From Blastocystis sp. subtype 4 (taxonomy: Eukaryota): a DNA stretch of 37,590 nucleotides. Positions 10,382 through 23,099 of this stretch are shown here, one piece after another. Each line of letters begins with the position of its first letter. Positions within the stretch are counted from its first letter, which is position 1. The stretch lies in contig NW_014569470.1 in assembly GCF_000743755.1 (NCBI RefSeq), positions 1 to 37,590 on the forward strand. The letters are read 5' to 3'. Made by a program: the position numbers and the translations under genes. A model generated the notes under the pieces. That model saw only the letters and a program-made list of their open reading frames with translations, was not told the DNA's origin and did no database searches.

Positions 10382-12865
10382 ATGGGTTTATTTGGAAGAA
10401 AGAAGGACAAAAAGAATACAGCAACAGAGGCTCAGCCTCCAGCTCCTACGGAAGCTACTCCTGCCGAAACATCTGCTCCTGCTCCAGTTCCTACGGAAAA
10501 GGGAGGTGATATGTTTAGGTAATCTATACCTTGTGTCTAGATGATTGATAGTGGCATGAGTAGTGCTCCTTCTCAGGGAGGTGATATGTTCGGGTATGGA
10601 CTTCAGGTTGAATAGTTACAAAATAGAGGAATGCAATCGGCTCCATCTCAAGGCGGTGATATGTTTGCGTATGTGATTAACGTGTGGGTTGAGTTATAGT
10701 GGAATGAGTAACAGCGCTCGTACTTGGTAAGCTGAGAGATGTGATTTGTAGCTGCTCCCGCCCCCACTCCTGCTCCTGCTCCCGCTCCTGTTGCTGCAGC
10801 ATCCCCTACTCCGGCCGCCGATCCTCTTATGGGTGCCCGTCAGAAGCTGATGCAGATTTCAAATCAACTGCGAAGTGAAATCGTCCGTTTGAATGAAGGA
10901 GAACGAAAAGTTCGCGAGAATATTCAGGGAATCGAAAGTAATATTTCCGACCTCGAAGACAAGCTGGTGACGGCCGAAGCTGACGAGGCTTCGGCTATTG
11001 CTGCAGAGGACTTTGCGAAGGCCGAGGAGATTTCGAATCAAACCACAGCACTGAAGTCTGAGATTGAAGCAAAGCATGCTGAGATAGCTCAGTGCATGCA
11101 GCGTAATGGTCAGGCCACTCAGCTCCGTGTGAACAAGATTCAGACTGAACTGGTGACGATTGATGCAATGATCAAGTCGTTTGACACGGCTTACACTCAT
11201 GTCAATGTACCGATTCTGGTGACTACTCATGTTTAGGGCCAATTCATTGCTTATGAGAAGACACTTGATTCACAAGCTGCTGCTCACGATGCTCGTCTGG
11301 CTTCAATGATGAAGACTATTCAGGAGAAGGAAGAAGCTCTGGCAAAGAGTCGAGAAGCCATAGCCGAAGAGAAGGAGGAAGTAGAGAAGCTGGTACGTGA
11401 AGATTGTACTGAATTGTACAAGGAGAAGGAAGCAGCATCAATGCTGAAGTTGACACTAGATCAAGAAATAGCAGATCTGAAGGAGCAGTTGCATCAGAAG
11501 AATCAGGAATTATTGGCTTGTACAAAGCGCATCTCAGAAGCAGATCAGAAGATCCAACAGGTTCGTGTGAAGTTTATGCCACAGTTCCAGCCAATTGAAG
11601 AGAAGAATAAGGCTTTGGGAGGAGAAGCAAAAACCATCGAAACAATGAAACAGCAGTACGCAACTGCTGAGAGCCGTGTGGCAATGGTGAAGAAGAGTGC
11701 AGATGAAGACAAGAAGCAGAAGAAGGAAATTGTAGATACACGCAAAGATGAGTTGGATGTCATTACTCTGTTGGCTGAAGCTCTTCAATCTTATGATGAT
11801 ACAATCAAGTCCAGTTATCAGGATGTGACACAGAAACAAGCCACAGTAAGTGTGATGATATGACTTGATCTCCAGATGTATGCAATGAAGAAGAAGTTAG
11901 CCGAGGACAGTATTCACAGCAAAGGAATCGTTAATCGTATTCACGTTCTTGAGAAGACAATTGCTGACAGTAACTCCGTTGTTGAAGAAACTTCTACGAA
12001 ACTTCCTCAGTTAGAACAACAGAAAGCTGATGCTGTTACTTCAAAGAATTACAAGATGGCTGGTCAATTGACACTTCAGATCAAGCAGTTGCAGACGAAG
12101 AAGGAAGCAGCTACCATGGCTGCAGCTACAGCTCAAGAAGAGTTAACATCAATCAAAGCAAGTTCAGCTTCAGAATTACAAGAATTGGAAGTACATGAAT
12201 GAATGTAAGGTGATTCGTAGGCGAAGAAGGCTGTGTTTGATACTGCAAATAAGGCATATCTTCAGACATATTACGATGTGTTGCGCAAAAATGCGATCAC
12301 ATGTCGTAAGGCTGTTCGTCGTATTGATGCAATTCAGCGAGGTGATGATACATTCCGTTTTGCTTGTCAAGCTCTGGTGAGTTCACTCTTTGATCTCACC
12401 AATGCTGAATTGACAGAAATCGCCGCGAAATTGAATCTGCCTCCACTGGGTGATCAGGATTTTGAGGAGGTTCCTATGGAGGAACCAAAGGAATCTGAGG
12501 AAAAGCCAGCAGAGGACATGTTTGCTACTGTATCATCCACTCCTGAAGCAGGAAGTGATATGTTCGCCTCGATGGAAGCAGCACCTGCTGCGGGAATGAC
12601 TGCAGATCGTGCGAAGCAACTGGCTGTGATTGCAGAGGCGCAAATGGAGCATAAGAACAATGAATTGGATGCGGCAATGGCTGACGATAAGACTGAGGAG
12701 TGTGAGAAGTTGAGTGAAGAGATTGAGATGCTGGAGGCATATGCGAACGAACTCAAGAAGTTTGCTGCAGGTACCATGACTGAAGAACCTGTGGCTCCTG
12801 CCTGTTTTGATGAGTTTTTCGCTTCAAAGAGCAGTGCTGGAGAAGACTTGTTCCTTGGTATGTAG
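10382..12865 (+). CDS. Coiled-coil protein with UVR-like helical motifs and repeated DMFxGM motifs
   Basis: Starts MGLFGRKKDKK; micro-exons encode GGDMF[SGA]GM; UVR-like AIAAEDFAKAEEI and AVTSKNYKMAGQL; ends GEDLFLGM*. Confidence 0.75.
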
Positions 12866-12889
12866 ACGTGATGGCTGTATGTATGAATG

Positions 12890-12905
12890 TGTTTATTTGA
12901 AAACA
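12890..12905. terminator. Abutting poly(A) elements: TGTTTATT (+, 12890-12897) and TGTTTTCA (-, 12905-12898)
   Basis: Convergent junction; both are degenerate variants. Confidence 0.55.
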
Positions 12906-13671
12906 GAGAAGATTTGCTTTCGTTTTAGACGAGAGAGTGTTATTTCTCCTCTAGCGGCATTTACACTACTCACTAAGAGATCGATATCTGAGACCATTCC
13001 TTCCACTGATTCCTTGATGAATGTTATCAAAAGCAACCCATGGCGATAATCGGCTGCAATGGAGTCTCGATTCACCAGGTCGTTCTTGAACTAGATATGA
13101 TTTAAAAGTCTGAAACGCACAGGAATGGACAATGAAATAGGTTCATTACGTCGACCAGATAAGAGGACACGACAACTTGTGTCATGTATCTGACGATACA
13201 CACACGATACAAAAACACATTCAGAATGTGCAATGATATCCAACGAGGATTCGTCAATACCTGGTAAATCCAAGCAGACAACTACACGGTCTGGGTACTA
13301 TATATCGAATCCTCGATAAGACATACATCATATACATCATAAGGTGTCGACCAGTTACTTGAATGAAATAAAACAGGACTAATGAAATAGTCTGCAGGAA
13401 GAATAGGCGTATGCAGCAATGAAGACACAGTTTTCACTTGAATCCTATCATTGTATCCCTTTCCTCATTGTTACGTCGTCGATTCTAAGTTCTGAGATTG
13501 CAGTTCTCGCATCCCTGACGTATTGATGAATTGGGAGGACACAAGATTGGGTCGGATCGGTCGCAATTTCTTCTGTGGATTGGAAGCAATGAGGATATCT
13601 TTCTGGTGATATGCAATAACGTGCCTACCACTTTGGATTTCTGGCAATGAGCCACTCTCATTTCTTTTCAT
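12893..13671 (-). CDS. HSP20/alpha-crystallin-like domain protein
   Basis: Spliced PYDVYDYPDRVVVCLDLPGIDESSLDI...VNRDSIAADYRHGLLLITF resembles the small heat-shock protein core. The real end may be T12910 completed by poly(A). Confidence 0.7.
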
Positions 13672-14010
13672 CCCTCACTATTATCTTATTATCACAAATG
13701 GTAAACTGTTAAATTGAGAAAAAAAGAATAGAAATCAATTCAAAAAACACAGACATGTGCGTTTAGTTATGAGGTGTAATCCTGAATATCAATATATCAA
13801 TGACTATTCAGATAAACACTTTGGATCTAATTGTTTGAAGAATACCTATATATTCCGTGGACCATAAGTCGTTGCAACAGAATATTCCATGTCTCTAGCA
13901 TTAATCGAAGTTGGTACGATCAATTGTCAAAAATCGCCTCGATTTTTCCTTGTCTTTTTCTTCTTTATCAATTTGCCTTTTAGAAGTTGCTTATAGGCTG
14001 GAATTGTAGT

Positions 14011-14976
14011 ATGGAAGTCGATACTCAATCTGTTGAAAAGAATTGTTTGCTTTTGTGAAGCGAGGATTAATCATAGTCTATCCCCAGGGTTTTGTTTTTG
14101 ATAATTGTAGCAGGTGAGTCCTTGTACCTGATATTCTAATAATTTAGAAACCAACTTCTTCAAGAGAAGTTCAAGGTCCTTCCTGCCTTCAAGAAGACTG
14201 GAACTACCATTGTCGGACTTATCTACAAGGATGGTGTTATTATTGCTGCTGATCAACGAGCTACGACGGAATCTCTCATTGTCGACAAGGAGACTCTAAA
14301 GATCCATTACATTGCTCCAAATATATATTGCTGTGGAGCAGGAACTGCTGCAGATGCGGATGAAATCACAAATCTTGTTAGTCACCAACTTGCCTTAATG
14401 CGTCTTCAAACGGGAAAACAAAGCCGTCTTGCTGCTGCACAGACCTTGCTATCGGAAAGACTGTTCCAGTATGGAGGCAACATTCAAGCTGCTCTGATTC
14501 TTGGTGGATGCGATTTTGATGGCGCTCATTTATATGGTATTTGGCCTAACGGAAGGTAGGATATCTGTGTATGTATTTAATCTAGTGTTGATAGTCTTTT
14601 GTATGATACTCTCGGTTCTGGTTCATATGCTGCCATGTCAATACTGGAGCATCGTTACAAACCTGATATGGAAGTATTTGTGGTGGTTTGCTTTCATGTA
14701 GGAACAAGAGGCTCTAGAATTAGCTGCGGATGCTATTAATGCTGGTATATTTAATGATCTGGGTTCTGGAGGCTGCCCAAATGTCCAGATCATTCGTAAG
14801 AATGGTACTACCGATTTCATCTACGAATATCGTAAACAGAACAAACTGGAGGATTACCGCAAGCAGTATCAACGTCCTCAGACATTGACATTACCAAAAG
14901 GAACTACTGGTAGGAATGTATTCCAAATGTGAGTATAGAAATCATTTCTGAAGTTGTAACTCGTGTGGAACATTAA
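14011..14976 (+). CDS. PSMB7: 20S proteasome subunit beta-2
   Basis: Propeptide GFVFDNCSRN, KTG/TTIVG processing site, KIHYIAPNIYCCGAGTAAD, AGIFNDLGSG; TAA at 14974-14976. Confidence 0.95.
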
Positions 14977-14980
14977 TGTC

Positions 14981-14999
14981 TGTTTGTTTTCATCAAACA
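14981..14999. terminator. Back-to-back poly(A) elements: TGTTTGTT (+, 14981-14988) and TGTTTGAT (-, 14999-14992)
   Basis: The + motif is 4 nt after the PSMB7 TAA (zero 3'UTR); the - motif is 4 nt after the T of the symplekin TAG. Confidence 0.8.
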
Positions 15000-15001
15000 T
15001 G

Positions 15002-18000
15002 CTATGCTTGAAGAACAGGAACCACTGCATCTGGAATCGAGAGCTGATTCGTCTCAATATACTCCAAATACCATGTTTTACTATCAGGAATCTTTTGAAA
15101 CACATCACCCAACTATTCTGTGAATCTCTTCATCCACACTTACGCGACCTGGAGTCATCCAATACAATAATTCCGCAGTGATTTCTCCACACTTCTTAAC
15201 AAATTGAATGAAACTATTCCACATCTGTTGATCACACTCTTCCCAACGCTTCTGTTTTGTAAAATTCAATAGAGAGTCACAGATCATTTTCCCCATAGTT
15301 GGTTTCGCCTTGATGGCGATGATCACTACATACATCAACATACGAGGAGGAGGTGTTTCCAGAGTTAACTGTGAAATTACGTTCTGAAATACCAGTTCAG
15401 AGAAATAGGGGTTCTCGGCACAGGTCTGCAAACACATCAACACATCGCGATTCGCCACGAGCGAACACAACTCTAACAGAACTAACTCCAGAGTCAGAGG
15501 CGATGGTTGCCTCGCGATGGTATTCAGAATCTCTTTTGCTTCGGATAAAGGCTGTTCTGGGATCTGTTGGACGAGCTGCTGTGCCTCGTCTTCCTACTCC
15601 TCACATGTATCTCCTAATCTTACTGACAGCCAGTGATAGAGAAGGAACTGGAAACGGACATCTCCTGTTTGAAGGAACATTTGATCCAAAATTGACTTAA
15701 TATCAACATTTTCTGGAATTCCTGAAATCTCACCTATTTTGAATCCATCAACCCATACGTACAGCATCTCTTCAGAATCACAAGAACAGACTCCTTTTCT
15801 AATTTCACATATTTCAGTAGGATTTGTAGCATTTCCAAATAATCATTATATTTCTCGGAAGTCTCATCAAATTGCATCACAAATCCTCCATTCTGCCTCT
15901 CCACCTCTTCTACATTCAATGAGGTGAGTGTGTCTGCTATGGAAGGTAGAGAGCCAGCAATCAGTTCCTTGATCTATTATTCACACTCCCATTCATCTCT
16001 CACCCATTGAGCATATCGTTCACGTGCCTCTGCTGGTTTGGGATCTGTCTCTGTGTGTTCATGCTGATACTCCAGTAGAGGCTCCAGCATCTCATACGAC
16101 GACGTTGTCATGCAAGCATAGACTAACCAGAGCTCAGGCTTACTCAGTCCTGCTAGTGTGGCTTGCTGATAAGCTCGCTCAGTTTGGCTCTGGAGTGTCT
16201 CGTCATGAACCATACGGAAACGTCCGCTCTCCTGGACTCGTGCTTGAGGAAGTGCCTCATCCTCTCGTAGTACCAAAACGCCACGGGTGAACGAAGCAAG
16301 AGCCTGGAGGTGCTCAGAGAGTGGCGACTCATCAGGAGTCAGCAGAAACTCTTGTATCAGCTCGATGTAACTAGCAGCTCCTAACAAGTGTTTGAACTGT
16401 GTTACATAGACACTTGTTACTGGCTGAGATTGGTAATATGAGGAGAAACTTATTAGAACACTCAGACACTAAGAGTGAAAGAGAAAAAGGAATGAAACAT
16501 CATAGACTGAAGAAGGGCGAGCTAGGGCCAGGGAACACATACAGTATACAACACAGTCTGATAGTACTAACTGACGGTTCCCGCGGGAATGTGCACAAAT
16601 GAAAAGAGCATAAACTTCTTGGGGAATAAGCGGTAAGGGGACGAGCATGGAGGTGATGAACTTGGCAACTGTGTCAGCAGATTGATTCTCATCATCATCC
16701 AGAAGAAGGACTAGAAGTGAGATATATGTGAAATCCACACGTTCATGTTGAAGAAGAAATACTAAGACTGAAATATAACAGTTCAGGTAAAAATCAGGGG
16801 AATTATTGGAATGTTCAGATTTCTTCCGAATTAGTAGATGTCGAATAAATAGCTGTGATTAACGAGAAATTAAACAAGTACACGACGTAAAAAGAGATGA
16901 AGGAGAGAATCATCATGATTCAATTCCTGAAAGAACAGCACAAGAATATGAGATGTTCGATTGAGTGTGTCTGGAAGAAAGGAGGTTCGAAGAAGATTGG
17001 TTACTATAATGAAATGATGGGAGAGACAATACTTTGGTCAGGATCACAGATCGAGAGAAGCGATATCGCACAGTCACAGAGGACCTCAGGCGCAATACTC
17101 AGTAGTGAGCTTCGAGCACATTGGAAGAAGGATCGAAGAAGAAGCTCTTGAAGAGCCAATCGATGTGGTTCATTGATCTCCTCACATTCACACAGCCACT
17201 TGTCACGACGAGATCGCTTCTCAGTCTCCTCTAGGTTGAATTCACGTTTAAGTGAAGTGAATTGGTTGGTTGTATCTGGAAGAGAAGAATGAGGAGTATT
17301 AGAAAGGTTAGCAATCACCAGAGTCGCTAACAGACTTATTGGGAGCTGTTTGAGTTTGGCTAGAGGAACGGACTGACTACAAGTGATACCAATAGTTTGA
17401 ACTAACAGTGACATTGACGGAACTGATAAAGGCTCAAGAGCGGATGCACTCAGCTTCTGCATCGCCAATCGTAATTCTTGATCATAAAGATGATCAGTTG
17501 AAAGTGTATAGTTATGAGGAAAAGGAGGATTTAAAGCAATTGGAGATACTAGAATCAACCAATTTGAAAGAATGGTACATATAATAGATTTCTTGTCCAA
17601 ATACTCAGATAAACGTTGTCGCTGTTCTTTTGCACGTTTGATCATCTCACCACGAATTCCATTGGTTTCTAAATACAATTCGATCTGATCTTGCACATCA
17701 CCGAACTACATTAGAATCGAATACAACATATACTGTAGGAAGTTTTAGTAACCGAAGGTAATTGCTTACCATGACCTGGAAGGTTGTATCATTGGATGGC
17801 TACAGATTATGGAAGCAAGGAACACAAACTTTGTATTTAAGCAAAACAGGAAGGATAATTGGAATGAAATTCTTACGATGGGTAATAATCGAAAAGAGAC
17901 CGTTAATTGCAATAATTTTATGTTTAAATGTGAATACAGATGCTTTTGTGGTAAATGCTTGAACCAACTTGTTCACATAGTCCTAATCATTACCTGTGAG

Positions 18001-18713
18001 TTCCTCTTCCTACATAACCATCATTTATGAGATTCTTCTGATTTAATAAGCGATTCGATGATGGAATACTATCTATTGTGAACTGAATCGAAGTATCCCC
18101 AATTCCAGTTTTCCCGTTATAAAGAAGAATATCGTCACGATATGTGAAGTAGTGGCAACACAAATGAATGAAATGGAGACAAATCAGAGACAGTTCATCT
18201 CCCGAAGAATAATACTAACCCTCAATTTCCCATATATTTCGTACAGAGAGCAATTTTCGTCGAAGTAATTCGGCGTGGTTCCACATCTCTTGAACATCAG
18301 GTTTCACAGTACTGATGCATCGCTCTGCGGCCAAAAGCACCAATACATAGATGTTTGAAAAGGTAGAATATACAGCAACACAACAACGTGAATCATCACA
18401 GTTGCTCAGATTGTAAAGGAATGGAATCATCTTATACAGATCTACCAGTTACTTCAATGATTTCAAATAGAAACATGTTGTTCTCAATCTTGAGATAAGC
18501 TCTGCAAACTGAACCGTTCGAATCACCAAATCCGTGCTATGGGATTTCTGTTATTGATTCAATGAATCTCACACCTACTGAAAGCGAGGTTACCAATTCC
18601 AACGAACTATCAATATCATCCGCTTCTGCCTTGGAAAGTACATTTGCTTGATATTTTCTTAGGTTTTCCAAGAGAGAGTCGAATAATTCCAACTGTTTGT
18701 CTACATGGCTCAT
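15002..18713 (-). CDS. SYMPK: Symplekin/Pta1-like cleavage and polyadenylation scaffold (divergent, multi-exon)
   Basis: C-terminal DVRFQFLLYHWLS...SPLTLELVLLELC...QNVISQLTLETPPPRMLMYVVI...QKRWEE..QMWNSFIQFVKK resembles the symplekin C domain; helical N-terminal exons; middle exons were not fully resolved. Confidence 0.72.
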
Positions 18714-18806
18714 TCTTGTTTTTTGACCAACTACCTGTTTCACTGATATTCCGGATCTGCAGCAGAGCAGAGTGGATATATGATTCACCTTCGGTTTCCA
18801 TGATGA

Positions 18807-18814
18807 AACAAACA
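18807..18814 (-). terminator. Polyadenylation element TGTTTGTT (C45 gene)
   Basis: Exact motif 10 nt past the TAA at 18827-18825. Confidence 0.8.
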
Positions 18815-18824
18815 ATAGGCCACT

Positions 18825-20151
18825 TTAGAATGGAATTGTCATAAGAACATTTCTATCTTTTGGATTTCCAATAAATATAGTGAGTGTACGCGTCTTCCAG
18901 TCGAAAACAACGGTATTCAAAGTAGTATCGTTGTAAATGGGCCACTGCGGATCCTTTGTATCTCCCAATACCTCGATCATCTCATCCAAATTTTCAGGCA
19001 CCTTCATTTCAGCAGCACGAACATCCCGAGCAATCGAGTTAGGCAAACCCACATCATCTGCATTCACAACATTATACGAATTGGCATGCCAATGAGGTCT
19101 TCCAGGAAGTGCCACGAATACTCCATACTATCAGTAAGAGACAATTAAAATACCTACGGACCAAAAGGGAGCTACCTCTAAGTCAATCAGCTTTCCAGTC
19201 TCCAGGTCCATCAGCTGGTGATTGTGACCTGCATTGAAGGAATACTCAGTCAAACGACGCTGAGCGTCTTCGAAGCTCGTAGCATCCAGGAGATAACGTC
19301 CGACAAATACACGACCCACACCATCAACATCTACTCATCAGTTGCATCACTGATCCCTACCAGAGACTTTCGTCATTAAATAGTTCATAGTGAAGGCGAA
19401 ATGTTCATTCCAGCCATATGCTAGGTTTCAGCCAAACTTCCTTCTCATACCAGCTGTAGGGATCTGAGCAGCGTAAGTGAAGGTTGTGTAATTTGAGACA
19501 AGTTCTCCGTCTAGAAGTTAATCCCAAGCAACACAAGTACTGATATACAACTTCTCCCTCACAATGATTGTTTTGTTGAAATCAATCATACCAGATCCAT
19601 CTTCGTTGTGAACGATAATCGAATTATCATGGGTCTTCAGAATGTAGTCGGAGCAGTGGGTGGCCGGAGCAAATTGGAATTCAGGAGGAACAACATAGCT
19701 AAATTCTTCCTGGAGCATATTAAGGAACAACTGATAAAACGGCATTCCCGAACCATCAGCTAGACCGTGAAGCTCTTCCATATAATTCGGGAAGACACGC
19801 GTCTAAGAAGTAATACGAAAACGATACGATGTACGTTCGTATCGACAAAATGCATGTACCACTTCAATCCTTCTTTTGTATGATAAAATGGAATCAATTT
19901 CTTCTGCATCGTTTCATCCGTGGTGATATGGTACTTGATGAGATCGGCGGTCTGTTTACCGAGCTATACCTCACGCACAGTATCAAAAAACCAACGCTGT
20001 ATCCGGCCTCATAGTAGGAGTGTGCAGTCACTTCAAACAAGTTCGGAATGTTGATGTAGTTGTGTACCCTGTATATCAACCAGCAAACAGGTGCAAAGTA
20101 CTCGCAAGAAGCAATCACAATCAACAGGAGTCCAACAGTTAAATATCTCAT
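18825..20151 (-). CDS. Secreted peptidase C45 / AAT-like N-terminal-nucleophile hydrolase
   Basis: Signal peptide MRYLTVGLLLIVIASC; YMEELHGLADGSG; THCSDY nucleophile; IIVHNEDG; AYGWNEHFAFTMN; HWHANSY; TLNTVVFD. Confidence 0.85.
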
Positions 20152-20190
20152 TCTTACCGAGTAAAATATGTGAAACACTATCTTTTCTTC

Positions 20191-20198
20191 AACAAACA
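20191..20198 (-). terminator. Polyadenylation element TGTTTGTT (epsin gene)
   Basis: Exact motif 27 nt past the stop and only about 40 nt from the next ATG at 20151. Confidence 0.8.
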
Positions 20199-20225
20199 AG
20201 CGAAAGAAATGCCGTTTTGCCATAC

Positions 20226-21921
20226 TTAGAAGCCCTGCATATTATATCCACCTCTCTGCTGTTGCTGCTGATACATCTGTTGTTGATACATCTGCTGCTG
20301 ATAGAGCCTCTGTTGTTGCTGCTGATACATCTGCTGCTGATACATCTGTTGTTGATACATCTGCTGCTGGGTCTGTTGTTGATATCCTTGTTGATACATT
20401 TGCTGAGGCATCTGTTGTTGCATTTGCTGTGGTACCTGCTGAGGCATGGTAATGTTACCCAAATCAACCAGTCCTCCAAAGGCATTGTTGGACGTAGCAA
20501 CAGGAGCTGCAGGTTTGGCAGGGGTTGTATCAGGAATATCACTGAAGAAGTCGAAGGCATCAGTAGGCTTAGTAGGAGCAGGAGCCGGAGCGGTGGCAGC
20601 AGGAGCAGGAGCAGCGGCAGGTGCACTGAAGAAATCACTTCCAGAAGCAGCAGGAGCTGCTGGTTGTGAAGGAGCTGACGTAGTGAAGAAATCAGCTCCA
20701 GAGGGAGCAGGAGCGGCAGGAGCAGGCTCGACAGCCTTCTCCGCAGGTATTGTAGTGTTTACACAGGCCACACCTCCGAAGTTAAAGAGAGCATCTGCTT
20801 CCTTTGTAGCTCTTGTTACCTTTGGCTTAGCAGGCTTAGGAGCTGCAACAGGAGCGGGAGCAGGCTCAGGCTCGGGCTCAGGTGCCACCTCTTCCTCAGT
20901 ATCCTCGAGATCGCGGAAGTTACGAAGAGGTGTGGGACGATGTTCAACAGGAGCCGAAGTAGTAACTCCTGAGACAGTGGAAGAAACAGAAGCAGCAGCC
21001 GAAGACACCACACCTCCAACCTTATGACCAAAGGAAGCCAAGTTGTTCTTCAGCTTACTAGCAGTAGCTGACGCACTGGACGTAGGCTTCATCACTTGAC
21101 CCGCCACAGGAATATCGCTAAGCTCACCTCCCTTAACACGATAGGAAGGACCTGCGGGAGCAGCAGGAGCAGCAGGCTTCGAACTGGAGGCGAATAAGCC
21201 CTTCATTGCAGAACCAGCCGACTGAACAAAGCCAGAAGAAGGAGCTGGTGGTGGAGGAGCACTACCCACAGACTTGGTGGTGGCAAACTTCTTTTTCAGA
21301 CGACGAGCCTTCAGACGCTCCTGTTGCATCGTGTCATTATCTTGAATCATGCCAAGAATCTGAGCAACCTTATCACGCACTAGGAGTGATCAAGATAAGA
21401 CATTCCAAACCGCCTTGGCCACGCTCCTTTCCCTGATCCATAACACTAAACTGTTCCAGATTGCGCAAATAGTAGATCTGATCACGCGTTTCATCAACAC
21501 ATGTGGCAACACCATTCTTCAGCAAATACTCCAACAATGAGAGAGCCTATCAATTATTCCCTCGTTCTACACTCACTTTGAACATTACTTTCCAATTTTT
21601 CTGACCTGCACCCAGATTCTTCCATATCGTAGAGAAAATCTCCCTGAACTCATCTCTACACACATTAACTATTCCATTCTCGTTAGCCTACTCGTAAAAC
21701 GAAGCCTCTGCAATCTCGTTCATGGTCGTACTGGAGGCACCCCAATTCACATCCTGAAGAGCCTCAGCCAATTTCTTCTGAATACCAGATCCCTTCCTAT
21801 TAGCTAACAATTCATTCCCATAGTCTACTTAAACATCACGTAGATTTACAAATATCTGTGATTATACCACTCAGAATCAATCTACGTTCATGATCGTTTT
21901 CCTCCCTGTACAAACCACCAT
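20226..21921 (-). CDS. ENTH-domain epsin/epsinR-like protein (start position approximate)
   Basis: KLAEALQDVNWGASSTTMNEIAEAS...KNWKVMFK-ALSLLEYLLKNG...GKERGQGVRDKVAQILGMIQDNDTMQQERLKAR; disordered tail with DFF motifs and Q-rich end. Confidence 0.9.
20255..20445 (-). repeat. Coding low-complexity repeat (QQMYQ)n at epsin C-terminus
   Basis: Six MYQQ units; + strand shows repeated tgctgatacatc/tgttgatacatc. Confidence 0.9.
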
Positions 21922-22085
21922 CTAGATTCTGCCGTGGTCATTCCATTAATGCTAATAAAAATCGTTACCAGGATTCTAGATTCGTATTCAATGAGATTAG
22001 GGATAGTTGATCCCCATCTATAAGGATTCCTTGCATCAGAGAATAATGAGGGTTTGATACGACCCTAGGAATCTTAAGTAATTGA

Positions 22086-22093
22086 CACAAACA
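22086..22093 (-). terminator. Polyadenylation element TGTTTGTG (CCDC43)
   Basis: Motif 7 nt past the TGA at 22103-22101. Confidence 0.7.
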
Positions 22094-22100
22094 AGAAATG

Positions 22101-22930
22101 TCACATATAACCTCTACCTCTCCGCTCCTGCCTTACAGTTTTCTTCTTTTCCTTGTCGGCTTTTCGCTTTGCCTCGAGCTCTTTATTTCTCTTCACTTCT
22201 GTGTCATGGGCTATTTTCAGTGCCTCTCTCTATTGTTGATTCACCTATTCATAACCACTTTCTTCTTTTCAGCCATTTTCACACGAAGCGCATTTTCATT
22301 CACGCCTTCTAAAGGATCCTTCTCTTCCTACATAAAGAGACAATCTCAAATCATACAGCCTTCTGGCGATAAATCAACTCTCCATTGCCATCAACTTCAA
22401 GGACATCAAAACCGTATGTATTAAGGATCTTCTCTCGCTTTTTCATCTGACTTACATCACTATATGTGAGAACATTCTGTTGTCCCTACATGACTTTTCG
22501 TGTTTTTGTTTCCTTCTGAGCTTCCAGGCGTTCTTGATTGATGATATCCCGGAGAGAAGGCTCTGTATGCGTCTCCTCGGTCACTTCCTCTGTAGGCTCT
22601 TCCTCTTCATGTTCCCCAGCAACGTTTCCTAGATACTCTCGAAGGTTCTGGAGGAATGAACTCACATTCTACTCATCAAAACCTACTATGGATTCATACA
22701 TGCTCAGTTGAACCCATTAGAATCGATTCCACAACACTCATTCGAGAATCGAGATCCTCCGTCTCATCTACAACAACAGATGCGATATACTCTCCAAGTG
22801 TCTAGTGAGGGATCATCCGAAAACGAATAATTACATCCTCATCAACATCTAACCCAGCAAGATGCTGTTTCACCCAACTCTACGCCTTAATTCACGTCAC
22901 TTTCAGTACAGCAACAACTTCTTCTTTCAT
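22101..22930 (-). CDS. CCDC43: CCDC43-like protein (not in the ORF track; seven short exons)
   Basis: Spliced MKEEVVASWVKQHLAGLDVDEDTLGEYIASVV...KREKILNTYG...NENALRVKMAEKKKRE...KEKKKTVRQERRGRGYM*; six 29-33 nt introns restore the frame. Confidence 0.75.
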
Positions 22931-23099
22931 TAAACTCCTCAAACCCTACGTCTTGGCAAATCCATTATCGCGGAAAACCGCGGTTATCATTATATATATA
23001 CGAGATCACAGATACTTTAGATCGTAACAAAATCTGGTTGTATCGCTGTAAGATTTGAGGCAAAGCATGCAAAGTTGTTATACTTACTATCCCTAGAAA

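Noticed and set aside
20091..21027. Plus-strand ORFs (poly-LLIH; Ala/Gly-rich)
   Set aside because: Antisense shadows of the epsin low-complexity regions.
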